From Syntrophaceae bacterium UBA2251 (GTDB lineage: Bacteria; Desulfobacterota; Syntrophia; Syntrophales; UBA2251), in the NCBI GenBank assembly GCA_002347815.1, contig DDXV01000020.1, positions 7,554 to 71,553 on the forward strand: a stretch of 64,000 nucleotides of DNA. The letters run 5' to 3'. This document shows, in pieces, positions 8,002 to 15,912 of this stretch; the stretch's first letter is position 1, and the number at the start of each line of letters is the position of its first letter. The notes under the pieces are model-generated. The model saw nothing but the letters and a program-made list of their open reading frames with translations. It made no database searches and had not been told where the DNA came from. The position numbers and the translations under genes were made by a program.

Positions 8002-9462
8002 TTGAAGGCCGCCGTGCAGGATTTCACCGAAGGCGATATTGGCAGGCAAGTCATCAGTTTCAGCGCGCCGATCATGTTCGGCAATCTGCTGCTGTCCCTT
8101 TACGGGATCATCAACATGATCTGGGTGGGGAGACTCCTGGGTCATCAGGCCGTGGCCGCCATCTCGGCCTCTCTGCCCATCGTCATGCTCATGCCCGCGT
8201 TTTTGATCGGCCTGGGGATGGCGACCAATGTCCTCATCGCGCAGGCATTCGGCCGCCGGGACACGGCGATGCTGAAAAAGATCCTGGCGAATTCCTTTAT
8301 CGCCTCGATGTCGTTCTGCCTGATGATCTCCCTGATCGGGCTCCTGTTCCGGCGTCAGTTGCTGGACTGGGTCAATGCGCCGCAGGAGATCCAAGGCATG
8401 GCGCTGTCCTACCTGACCATCATCATGGCGACGCTGGTCTTCCAGTTCTTCATCAACTGGATGAACGGCATGCTTCGCGGTCTGGGAGACGCCACCACCG
8501 TCGTGAAGATCCTCATCTTGCTCGCGGCATTCAACATCGTGTTCGTTCCGCTGTTCATTCGCGGCATCGGACCCCTGCCCCCGCTCGGCGTGGCCGGGGC
8601 GGCGTGGGGCACGGCGCTGGCCGCCGTGTCGACCTGCGTCATCGGCTATCTTTATCTTCTGCGCTTCAATCCCTACGTCGATATGCAAAACTGGGACTAC
8701 CGATTGGATTGGCGGATCATCCGCGAAGTTTTCGTCATCGGCGTTCCCGCCTCGCTGCAGATGATGGTCGTCTCTCTGGCCGGCGTGATCATCATCTCCC
8801 TGGTCAACCGTTACGGCACGACGGTGACCGCCGCCTTCGGCATCGGCATGCAGATCGATATGCTGGCCACCATCCCCTTCATGTCCATCGGGATGGCGGT
8901 GACCACGATCGCCGGTCACAATCTGGGCGCGAGGAAACTGGACCGCGTCTTCCAGACCCTGCGCGTCTCGGTCTGGCTCGGCCTGCTCGTGGCGTTTGCC
9001 TGCACGGCCGTGCTCTTGATTTTTCCCCACGACATCGGGGCCATCTTCCTCAAGGAATCGCTGGAAAAGGCCCGCGTGCTGGAAACGGTCCGCGATTATT
9101 ATCGGTGGATGGCCTTTATCTTCCCCTGCTTCGCCGTCATCTTCGCCATCCAGGGCGTCTTGCGCAGCGCGGGCGATACCCTGGCCTTGATGGGGCTGTC
9201 GTTCATCGCCATGTTCGTCATCCGCATTCCGCTTGCCTATTTCCTGGCCGGCCCCGTGGGGTTGAAGCAGGACGGCATCTGGATGGCGATGCTTTTAAGC
9301 AACGCGCTGGCCGTCAGCTTGAACTGGCTGTACTTCAAGCATGGCCCGTGGAAGAAGCGGCGGATCCTGGGAGATCGACGCAAACGCTCGCCGGAAGAAA
9401 GGGTGGAAGTCCCTGGCCGCGCCCCTACTTCCGCCAGAAACCGGGCATCAGGAGGACGATGA
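8002..9462 (+). CDS. MATE family efflux transporter (start uncertain: 7939 GTG, 8002 TTG or 8014 GTG)
   Basis: ..FTEGDIGRQVISFSAPIMFGNLLLSLYGIINMIWVGRLLG.. is a typical MATE N-terminus, and the protein has about 12 TM segments. The first 20 codons of the track ORF overlap a GC hairpin and look non-coding. Confidence 0.85.
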   Translation: MKAAVQDFTEGDIGRQVISFSAPIMFGNLLLSLYGIINMIWVGRLLGHQAVAAISASLPIVMLMPAFLIGLGMATNVLIAQAFGRRDTAMLKKILANSFIASMSFCLMISLIGLLFRRQLLDWVNAPQEIQGMALSYLTIIMATLVFQFFINWMNGMLRGLGDATTVVKILILLAAFNIVFVPLFIRGIGPLPPLGVAGAAWGTALAAVSTCVIGYLYLLRFNPYVDMQNWDYRLDWRIIREVFVIGVPASLQMMVVSLAGVIIISLVNRYGTTVTAAFGIGMQIDMLATIPFMSIGMAVTTIAGHNLGARKLDRVFQTLRVSVWLGLLVAFACTAVLLIFPHDIGAIFLKESLEKARVLETVRDYYRWMAFIFPCFAVIFAIQGVLRSAGDTLALMGLSFIAMFVIRIPLAYFLAGPVGLKQDGIWMAMLLSNALAVSLNWLYFKHGPWKKRRILGDRRKRSPEERVEVPGRAPTSARNRASGGR

Positions 9463-10876
9463 TCGTGTAGATCTCCAGCCGGCCCAGCAGCATGCAGGCG
9501 ATCATGATCCACTTGCCCGGCAGGGGCACGCCGGAAAAGTTGTCCATCGGCCCGATGCTGCCCAGGCCGGGCCCCACGTTGCCCAGACAGGTCGCCGCTC
9601 CCGAGATCGAGGACATCATGTCCATGCCCAGCGCCGCGAGGGCCATTGTGGCCAGGATGAAAATGCCGACATAAAGCATGAAGAACCCCCAGATGCTCCG
9701 CATGATTGTCTGAGGAACCGGCGTCCGCCCCAGCTTGACCACCGTGACGGCATGGGGATGAATGATCCGGAGGACTTCCAGGTAGCAGTGCTTGGCCAGA
9801 AGAACGACGCGCACGATCTTGATCCCTCCGCCCGTCGATCCGGCCATGCTGCCCAGGAACATGCAGAGCAGAAGAACCTGTTGGGAGAGCGCCGGCCACG
9901 CCTCGAAATCGGTCGTGACGAATCCCGTCGTGGTCATGAGGGAGACCACCGAAAAGGTCGCATGGCGAAAGGCTTCGAAAACCGTCGGATAGACCTTTCC
10001 CCCGTAGACGTCGAGGACGACGATCAGGATAAGCGCCCCGGTGATGAGCAGGTAGGAACGGAACTCCGGATCACGGAGAAATTCCCGCATCCGGCCGTGG
10101 ACGAGCTTGTAGTGAAGCGAAAAATTGATTCCAGCGATGAACATGAAACCGATGACGACGAATTCGACATACGCGCTGTGATAATGGCCGACGCTCGCGT
10201 TGTTCGTCGAAAATCCGCCCGTGGGCATGGTGGTGAAGGCGTGGCAGACGGAATCGAACCAGGACAGGCCTCCGAAAAGCAGGAGCACGATCTGCATGAC
10301 CGTCAGGAACAGGTAGATTTTCCAGAGCGTCCGGGCGGTGTCGGAAATTCGCGGGGTCAGCTTGTCCACGACGGGACTGGGGGTTTCAGCCTTGTAGAGC
10401 TGCATGCCGCCGACGCCGAGGAAGGGCAGGATGGCGATCGACAGAACGATGATGCCCATGCCCCCCAGCCATTGGGTCTGCGCGCGCCAGAAGAGAATGC
10501 CCCTGGGCAGGTGTTCGACATCCTTCAGGATGCTTGCGCCGGTGGTCGTAAATCCTGAAATGCATTCAAAATAGGCGTCTGTCAAATCGGGAATGGCCCC
10601 CGAAAGAAGATAGGGCAGGGTCGCCACGAGACCGGCGGCGATCCATCCCAGGGTGACGATGGCCACACCGTCCCGGTGACTCAACGCGTAGTCCTCCTGG
10701 CCCCGGCTCCACAGGAAAACCCCGCCTCCGAGGCCGCAGGTTGCGATCAGCGAGAGGAGAATGGCGAGGGCGCTGCCGTCCCCGTAGTAAAGCGCAACCA
10801 GCAGGGGCGCCGTCATGGACAGGCCGATGTAGAAGACGAGGACCGCGACCAGATAGGCGATCAAGCGGAAATTCAT
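9425..10876 (-). CDS. trkH: Trk-type K+ uptake protein TrkH
   Basis: 483-aa polytopic protein with TrkH/KtrB-like repeated pore motifs (e.g. GFTTTGAS, TTGF, TGG). Its start overlaps the trkA stop by 1 nt (TAATG). Confidence 0.9.
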   Translation of the reverse strand: MNFRLIAYLVAVLVFYIGLSMTAPLLVALYYGDGSALAILLSLIATCGLGGGVFLWSRGQEDYALSHRDGVAIVTLGWIAAGLVATLPYLLSGAIPDLTDAYFECISGFTTTGASILKDVEHLPRGILFWRAQTQWLGGMGIIVLSIAILPFLGVGGMQLYKAETPSPVVDKLTPRISDTARTLWKIYLFLTVMQIVLLLFGGLSWFDSVCHAFTTMPTGGFSTNNASVGHYHSAYVEFVVIGFMFIAGINFSLHYKLVHGRMREFLRDPEFRSYLLITGALILIVVLDVYGGKVYPTVFEAFRHATFSVVSLMTTTGFVTTDFEAWPALSQQVLLLCMFLGSMAGSTGGGIKIVRVVLLAKHCYLEVLRIIHPHAVTVVKLGRTPVPQTIMRSIWGFFMLYVGIFILATMALAALGMDMMSSISGAATCLGNVGPGLGSIGPMDNFSGVPLPGKWIMIACMLLGRLEIYTIIVLLMPGFWRK

Positions 10877-12234
10877 TAAAAATACTCCAGCTTGACGGTC
10901 AGGAGCTCTTCGATCTTCTTCGAGACCTGCTGCAGGGCGAAGATGATCAGCCGGTCGCGAGGCCGGATGATCGTGTCACCGCTGGGAATGATGATTTCGT
11001 CGCCGCGGACGATGGCCCCCAGAATCGCCCCCGGGGGGAAGGGAACCTGGGACAGCGGGGTGTTGACGATGTCCGACGTTTCGAGCGCTTCCGCTTCGAT
11101 GGCCTCGGCCGCCTCTTCCCGGAGAGGGGCCACGGAGATGATGCGGCCCCGGCGGATGTACTGGAGAATCGCGCGGACCGCCGCCATGCGGGGATTGATG
11201 ACCGTGTCCAGACCGATGGCCGACACGATGTGCATGTAGCTCAGCTTGCTGACCCGGGTGATGGTGCGCCGGGTCCCCAGCTCCTTGGCGAGCAGGGAGA
11301 TGAGGACGTTGCTCTCCTCGTCGCCGGTCAAGGCGATGAGCAGATCCATGTCGCCGGCGTTTTCCTCCCGGAGCAGGTCCCGGTCGGCGCCGTCTCCTCG
11401 AATCACGATCGCCCGGTCCAGAACGGTCGCCAGCTTCTTGCACTTCTCCCCGTCCTGGTCGATGATCTTGACGTTCATGCGACGCCGGTCGAGGGCCTTG
11501 GCGACGGCCATGCCGGTTTCCCCAGCCCCGACGATGAGGACGTTTTTCAGGGGGCGGGTCGGAATGTCGAGCCGGTCGAGCGTGGGGTTGACCTCCGCCC
11601 GTTTCATCACCAGATAGACGAGATCCATGGGCTGGATGATATCGCGGCCGCTGGGGATCAGGATCTTGTGGCCCCGGACGATGGCGCCGACGAGCAGGTT
11701 GCCCTCGTACGCCTTCAGGTCGGTCAGCCGCTTCCCGGCCAGGGGAGACTCGGCGGTGATGAGGAAGCTGACCAGCTTGACCTCGCCGCCCACGAAGTCG
11801 ATCACCTCCGAGGCGCCCGGCACCTCCATGAGGCCGAGAATCGTGTCCACCATCATGGCGTTCGTATTGATGATCAGGTCCACCCCGAGGAGATCCCGAC
11901 TGAAGAGGGATGATTCACCGAGATACTCCGGGTTCTTGACCCGCGCGACCTTGACCATGTGCGGGTTGAGACTGCGGGCCAGAAGGCAGGCAATCAGGTT
12001 GACCTCGTCGCTGTCCGTGGCCGCCGCCAGAAGCTCCGCTTCCTGAACCCCGGCGGCGCGAAGCGTCTGGGGACTCGTGCCGGAGCCGAGAAATGCCTGT
12101 ACGTCGAGATTCTCGCTGATCCGGCGGATTTTGGCGGGATCCTGGTCGATCAGGACGACCTCCTGACTTTCATCGGAGAGCTTCTTGGCGATATGGTACC
12201 CGACTTCTCCCGCGCCGATGATGATCACTCGCAT
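10876..12234 (-). CDS. trkA: Trk system K+ uptake protein TrkA (double RCK/NAD-binding)
   Basis: MRVIIIGAGEVGYHIAKKL plus a second Rossmann motif VLIVGAGETGMAVAKAL. The length (452 aa) and the two-RCK architecture match TrkA. Confidence 0.92.
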   Translation of the reverse strand: MRVIIIGAGEVGYHIAKKLSDESQEVVLIDQDPAKIRRISENLDVQAFLGSGTSPQTLRAAGVQEAELLAAATDSDEVNLIACLLARSLNPHMVKVARVKNPEYLGESSLFSRDLLGVDLIINTNAMMVDTILGLMEVPGASEVIDFVGGEVKLVSFLITAESPLAGKRLTDLKAYEGNLLVGAIVRGHKILIPSGRDIIQPMDLVYLVMKRAEVNPTLDRLDIPTRPLKNVLIVGAGETGMAVAKALDRRRMNVKIIDQDGEKCKKLATVLDRAIVIRGDGADRDLLREENAGDMDLLIALTGDEESNVLISLLAKELGTRRTITRVSKLSYMHIVSAIGLDTVINPRMAAVRAILQYIRRGRIISVAPLREEAAEAIEAEALETSDIVNTPLSQVPFPPGAILGAIVRGDEIIIPSGDTIIRPRDRLIIFALQQVSKKIEELLTVKLEYF

Positions 12235-12606
12235 GATTTCCTCCCGCGATCGGTTGAACCCGGGACGCTATACAACAGACGGCCGGACCCCCCGCCGGGG
12301 ATGGTCCTCATCGTCCCCCCGATGCCCCGGGGCGGATTCCGCCGCTTCTGGAGAGCGTGCGTCCGATCAAGGCGCTTCCGCAACGCCGGACCCTCCCGCC
12401 GCGCGAAATGATTCATCGAATACCAGACCGGTCTTGCTTTGACAAGCGGAAAGCCTTCCCGGGGATGATCGATGCGCGGGCGCAGGGTCCGTCGCGACCT
12501 TTGGGACGGCGCCGATGACCCGCGAGCGATATTTCCCTTGATCTTGCCCGGGCAGTGTGGAATGAAAGGGCTCATTCACTTTCCTGGAGGAGGGCACGAA
12601 AATCCC

Positions 12607-13083
12607 ATGTCAGGAGCATTGATCAGCGCGCGGATGCGCGCGGCCGTCGGGTCGCCGCTGGCGTCCGGACAACCGTTTGCGGTCGAAAAAGGGTCGATCC
12701 GGGATTTGGCGGAGGCCATCAACCATCTCCACCCCCTTTACGTGGACGAGGCGTACGCCCAAAGCACGGGTCACGGCAGCGTGCTGGCGCCGCCGACGTA
12801 CCCGTCCTACAACCTGGCGCTGGGCGCGCCCCTGGAGGCGCTCACGTTCGAGTTCCCCGTGGGCAGCATCCTGCACGGCAGCGACGACTGGGAATTCCTC
12901 GGGGACATCCATGCGGGCGACATGCTCACGCCGCAGGGGAAACTCCTGGACCTCTACGAAAAACAGGGCAAGCGGGGCGGCATGCTCTTCATCGTTTCGG
13001 AGATCACCTACACGAACCAGCGGGGCGAGGTCGTGGCGATCTACCGTCCCACGGAAGTCGTGATCGCCCTGCCGACGGCTTAA
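12607..13083 (+). CDS. MaoC-like dehydratase, N-terminal-type (FAS1-like) hotdog subunit
   Basis: ATG at 12607 follows GGAGGAGG. FAVEKGSIRDLAEAINHLHPLYVDEAYAQSTGHGSVLAPPTY is typical of MaoC_dehydrat_N proteins. It is paired with the next gene. Confidence 0.8.
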   Translation: MSGALISARMRAAVGSPLASGQPFAVEKGSIRDLAEAINHLHPLYVDEAYAQSTGHGSVLAPPTYPSYNLALGAPLEALTFEFPVGSILHGSDDWEFLGDIHAGDMLTPQGKLLDLYEKQGKRGGMLFIVSEITYTNQRGEVVAIYRPTEVVIALPTA

Positions 13084-13099
13084 GGAGAATACACCGGTC

Positions 13100-13534
13100 A
13101 TGAAGACGCAACCTTACTTTGATGACATTCGCCTGGGCGAGGAAATCCCGCTTCAGGTGCGGGAACCGCTCTCCACCCGCAGCCTGGTGAAGTGGGCCGC
13201 GGCGGTCCGGGACTTCTACGAGGTCCACTACGACAAGGATTTTGCACGCAGCATCGGCCTGCGGGACGTCATCGCCCACGGCCCCAACAAGTGCGCGCTT
13301 CTTGGCCGCCTGATGACGGAATGGATCGGCGAGGCCGGACGGCTGCACAGGCTCTCCTGCACGCACAAGGCGAGCAATTTCCCCGGCGAGACCCTGGTCT
13401 GCCGCGGGCGGGTCAAGGACAAGTATTCCAAAGACGGCCGGCATTACGTGGAATGCGAGGTCTGGGTGGAGAATCAGGACGGCGTCGTGGCCGCCCCGGG
13501 TGCGGCGACGGTATCGCTCCCCTCCCGGGGGTAG
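13100..13534 (+). CDS. MaoC family (R)-hydratase/dehydratase hotdog subunit
   Basis: DFYEVHYDKDFARSIGLRDVIAHG matches the MaoC hydratase motif region. The 144-aa size fits a single hotdog fold. Confidence 0.85.
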   Translation: MKTQPYFDDIRLGEEIPLQVREPLSTRSLVKWAAAVRDFYEVHYDKDFARSIGLRDVIAHGPNKCALLGRLMTEWIGEAGRLHRLSCTHKASNFPGETLVCRGRVKDKYSKDGRHYVECEVWVENQDGVVAAPGAATVSLPSRG

Positions 13535-13568
13535 AACCGCTCCCGCCGGCGCGGCCGCGAATCCGCGC

Positions 13569-13598
13569 TTGACAAACACCCCCGATCTTTTCTAAGGT
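13569..13598 (+). promoter_or_regulatory. sigma70-like promoter candidate for the riboswitch-btuCD transcript
   Basis: TTGACA (13569-13574), an 18-nt spacer, then TAAGGT (13593-13598). This would start transcription just before riboswitch P1. Confidence 0.35.
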
Positions 13599-13604
13599 CA
13601 GTCC

Positions 13605-13765
13605 GTCTCAAACGGATGGATGTGAGGAAGAGGGGTGAGAAGCCCCCGCTGCCCCGCAGCCGTGAAGGGAACGAACGCCCAGGACGCCACTGTCGCCGGT
13701 CAACGGCGATGGGAAGGCGGGCCAGTAGGTCGCCCGAAGCCGGAAGACCGGTCCATCCGCAAGTC
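13605..13765 (+). ncRNA. cobalamin (B12) riboswitch
   Basis: P1 pairs GGATGGA (13614-13620) with TCCATCC (13752-13758). The core has GGGTGAGAAGCCC, GCCACTG, GGGAAGGC and the B12 box AGCCGGAAGACCGG. A GAGGGAGG SD and the GTG start of the permease follow directly. Confidence 0.85.
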
Positions 13766-13783
13766 CTCGAGGGAGGCCTCCGC

Positions 13784-14818
13784 GTGCGACCGACCGTCCA
13801 TCCCATTGTCACCCCGTTCCGGGTTCTCCGTATCAGCGGCATCCTGTTTCTGATCTGTCTGGCCGTCTTCATCGGGTCGCTCTTCGCCGGTCCGGGACAG
13901 GTCGGGGTGCGCACCCTGCTCTCCTCGCTCCTCTCGTTGGGGTCCGGATCGTATGCCGGCGACGCCGATGCGGGGCAGACCATCCTTCTGTCCCTCCGGA
14001 TTCCCCGTCTTCTCTTCGCGGGGATCGTCGGGGCCGCCCTGTCCGTGTCGGGGGTCGTCTTTCAGGCGCTGTTACGCAACCCGCTCGCCGACCCCTATAT
14101 CCTCGGCATCTCGGGGGGCGCCGCCGTGGGGGCGATCGCCGGGATCCTGCTCGGCGCGGCGGCCGTTCCTTTCGGCGTCCCCGGCCTCGCCTTCGTCGGG
14201 GCGCTGACGACCCTGCTCGCGGTCTTTGCCGTGGCCGGCGCCGGACGGGACCTCCGTTCCCACACCCTGCTTCTGGCCGGGGTCATCGTCAACGCCTTCT
14301 TCAACGCCGTCATCATGTTTCTCCTCGCCGTCAGCAGTTCGGGCGACCTCCACAGCATCATGTTCTGGCTCATGGGGGATTTGAGCCTCGCCCGGGGACG
14401 GGACATCCTGTCCGTCGGCGCGGCGCTCGTCGTGGGCTTCTCCGTGATCTGCCTGTACGCGCGTCCGCTCAACCTGATCGTGACGGGGGAGGAGACGGCC
14501 CGCACCCTGGGCGTCGAACCGGCGACCGCGAAGCGGATCCTCCTCGTCGTGACCTCGCTCATGACCGGGCTGGCCGTTTCGGTGAGCGGCACGATCGGTT
14601 TCGTAGGCCTGATGGTGCCGCACCTGATGCGGATGGCCCTCGGTCCGGATCACCGGCTGCTGCTGCCCGCCTCCCTCTTTTTCGGGGCGGCCTTTCTCAT
14701 CCTGGCCGACACGCTCGCCCGGACGCTGCTCGCCCCGATGGAGCTGCCCGTGGGCGTGGTCACGGCCCTGTGCGGGGCGCCCTATTTCATCTATCTTCTG
14801 AGGAGGATGAACGATTAA
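13784..14818 (+). CDS. FecCD/BtuC-type ABC permease (corrinoid/iron-complex importer)
   Basis: GTG at 13784 sits after GAGGGAGG. The 344-aa polytopic protein has a typical FecCD family end (...LCGAPYFIYLLRR). The track ORF's first 56 codons are actually the riboswitch. Confidence 0.88.
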   Translation: MRPTVHPIVTPFRVLRISGILFLICLAVFIGSLFAGPGQVGVRTLLSSLLSLGSGSYAGDADAGQTILLSLRIPRLLFAGIVGAALSVSGVVFQALLRNPLADPYILGISGGAAVGAIAGILLGAAAVPFGVPGLAFVGALTTLLAVFAVAGAGRDLRSHTLLLAGVIVNAFFNAVIMFLLAVSSSGDLHSIMFWLMGDLSLARGRDILSVGAALVVGFSVICLYARPLNLIVTGEETARTLGVEPATAKRILLVVTSLMTGLAVSVSGTIGFVGLMVPHLMRMALGPDHRLLLPASLFFGAAFLILADTLARTLLAPMELPVGVVTALCGAPYFIYLLRRMND

Positions 14819-15626
14819 CGCCGTTCTGGACATCGACCGGGTCCGCTTCCGCTACGCCGGAGACTGGGTGCTGACGGACGTCGCCTTTGCCGTGGCCGCC
14901 GGCGCGTTTCTGGGGATCATCGGCCCCAACGGCTCCGGGAAGACGACCCTGCTCAAGGTGATGAACGGCCTTCTCCGCCCCCAGGCGGGCGCGGTCCGGT
15001 TGAACGGCCGCCCCCTGGCCGGGATGCGGCGCCGCGAGGTGGCGCGGGTGATGGCCGTCGTCCCCCAGGACGCGGCGCTGCTCTTCACCTTCACCGTGGA
15101 GGAGATGGTCCTGATGGGGCGATCGCCGCACCTGGGCCGCTTTGGGTTCGAGGGGATGGGGGACTTCCGGATCGCCCGCGCGGCCATGGACCGGACCGGC
15201 GTCCTCGCCCTGGCGCACCGGCCCTATGACACCCTGAGCGGGGGCGAGAAGCAGCGGGTCCTGATCGCCCGCGCCCTGGCGCAGGAACCGCGGATTCTCC
15301 TCCTCGACGAGCCGACGGCGTATCTCGACATCCGCCATCAGGCGGGGATCTTCGACCTGATGAAGGACCTGAACCGCCGGCAGGGCCTCACGGTCGTCGC
15401 CGTCACCCACGACATCAACCTGGCCGCCCTCTACAGCGACGAGGTCCTGCTTCTGGCCGACGGGCGCGTCTTCGGCGCCGGACCGCCGGAGGCGGTCGTC
15501 ACCGCGGAAAACATCCGCGGGGCGTATGGCATCGGCGTCCTCGTGGATTCCCATCCGGCGACAGGCCTGCCCCGGGTCACGCCGGCCGGGTATGCCGGGG
15601 GCGGAGGACCCGATCCGGCGCCCTGA
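14814..15626 (+). CDS. ABC transporter ATP-binding protein (BtuD/FepC type); probable non-canonical ATT start
   Basis: Walker [10 protein letters not shown], signature LSGGEKQR, Walker B LLLDEP. The conserved first beta-strand ([14 protein letters not shown]) lies upstream of the track's GTG at 14868. It is bounded by a stop at 14808, and AGGAGG lies 7 nt before ATT 14814. Confidence 0.8.
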   Translation: MNAVLDIDRVRFRYAGDWVLTDVAFAVAAGAFLGIIGPNGSGKTTLLKVMNGLLRPQAGAVRLNGRPLAGMRRREVARVMAVVPQDAALLFTFTVEEMVLMGRSPHLGRFGFEGMGDFRIARAAMDRTGVLALAHRPYDTLSGGEKQRVLIARALAQEPRILLLDEPTAYLDIRHQAGIFDLMKDLNRRQGLTVVAVTHDINLAALYSDEVLLLADGRVFGAGPPEAVVTAENIRGAYGIGVLVDSHPATGLPRVTPAGYAGGGGPDPAP

Positions 15627-15719
15627 AAGGCGCGATCCTTATTCATCCGGTTTTCCGGGTGCGAAATGGTTTTGCGAGGTTGGGCGAGTGGGCGCCGCAC
15701 GCGCGTGCACTCGATTCTT

Positions 15720-15875
15720 GAACGTCCTGCGGCAGGGAGGAAGCCGGTGCGAATCCGGCGCTGCCCCGCAACTGTAAGTGGAACGACCTCCGCACGAGGC
15801 CACGGGTTCGCGGTTGAACCCGGAAGGCGCGGACAGTAGGACGCCACGAGCCAGGAGACGCCGCCGCAGGCCAGC
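15720..15875 (+). ncRNA. cobalamin (B12) riboswitch
   Basis: P1 pairs CCTGCGGC (15726-15733) with GCCGCAGG (15863-15870). The core has GGAAGCCGGTGCGAATCCGGCGCTGCCCCGCAACTGTAA, GCCACGG, GGAAGGC and the B12 box AGCCAGGAGACGCCGCC. Confidence 0.88.
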
Positions 15876-15912
15876 GACTCGATTCCCGCGGGGGAAGAAG
15901 GGAGTGGGCAGG

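Noticed and set aside
7976-8003. GGCGGGC-GAA-GCCCGCC hairpin followed by CATGACGTTTT, between the C_GCAxxG_C_C gene and the MATE gene. I considered it as a possible terminator.
   Set aside because: The T-run is short and separated from the stem by 7 nt. The hairpin also lies inside the longest MATE ORF. I used it only as weak support for a later MATE start.
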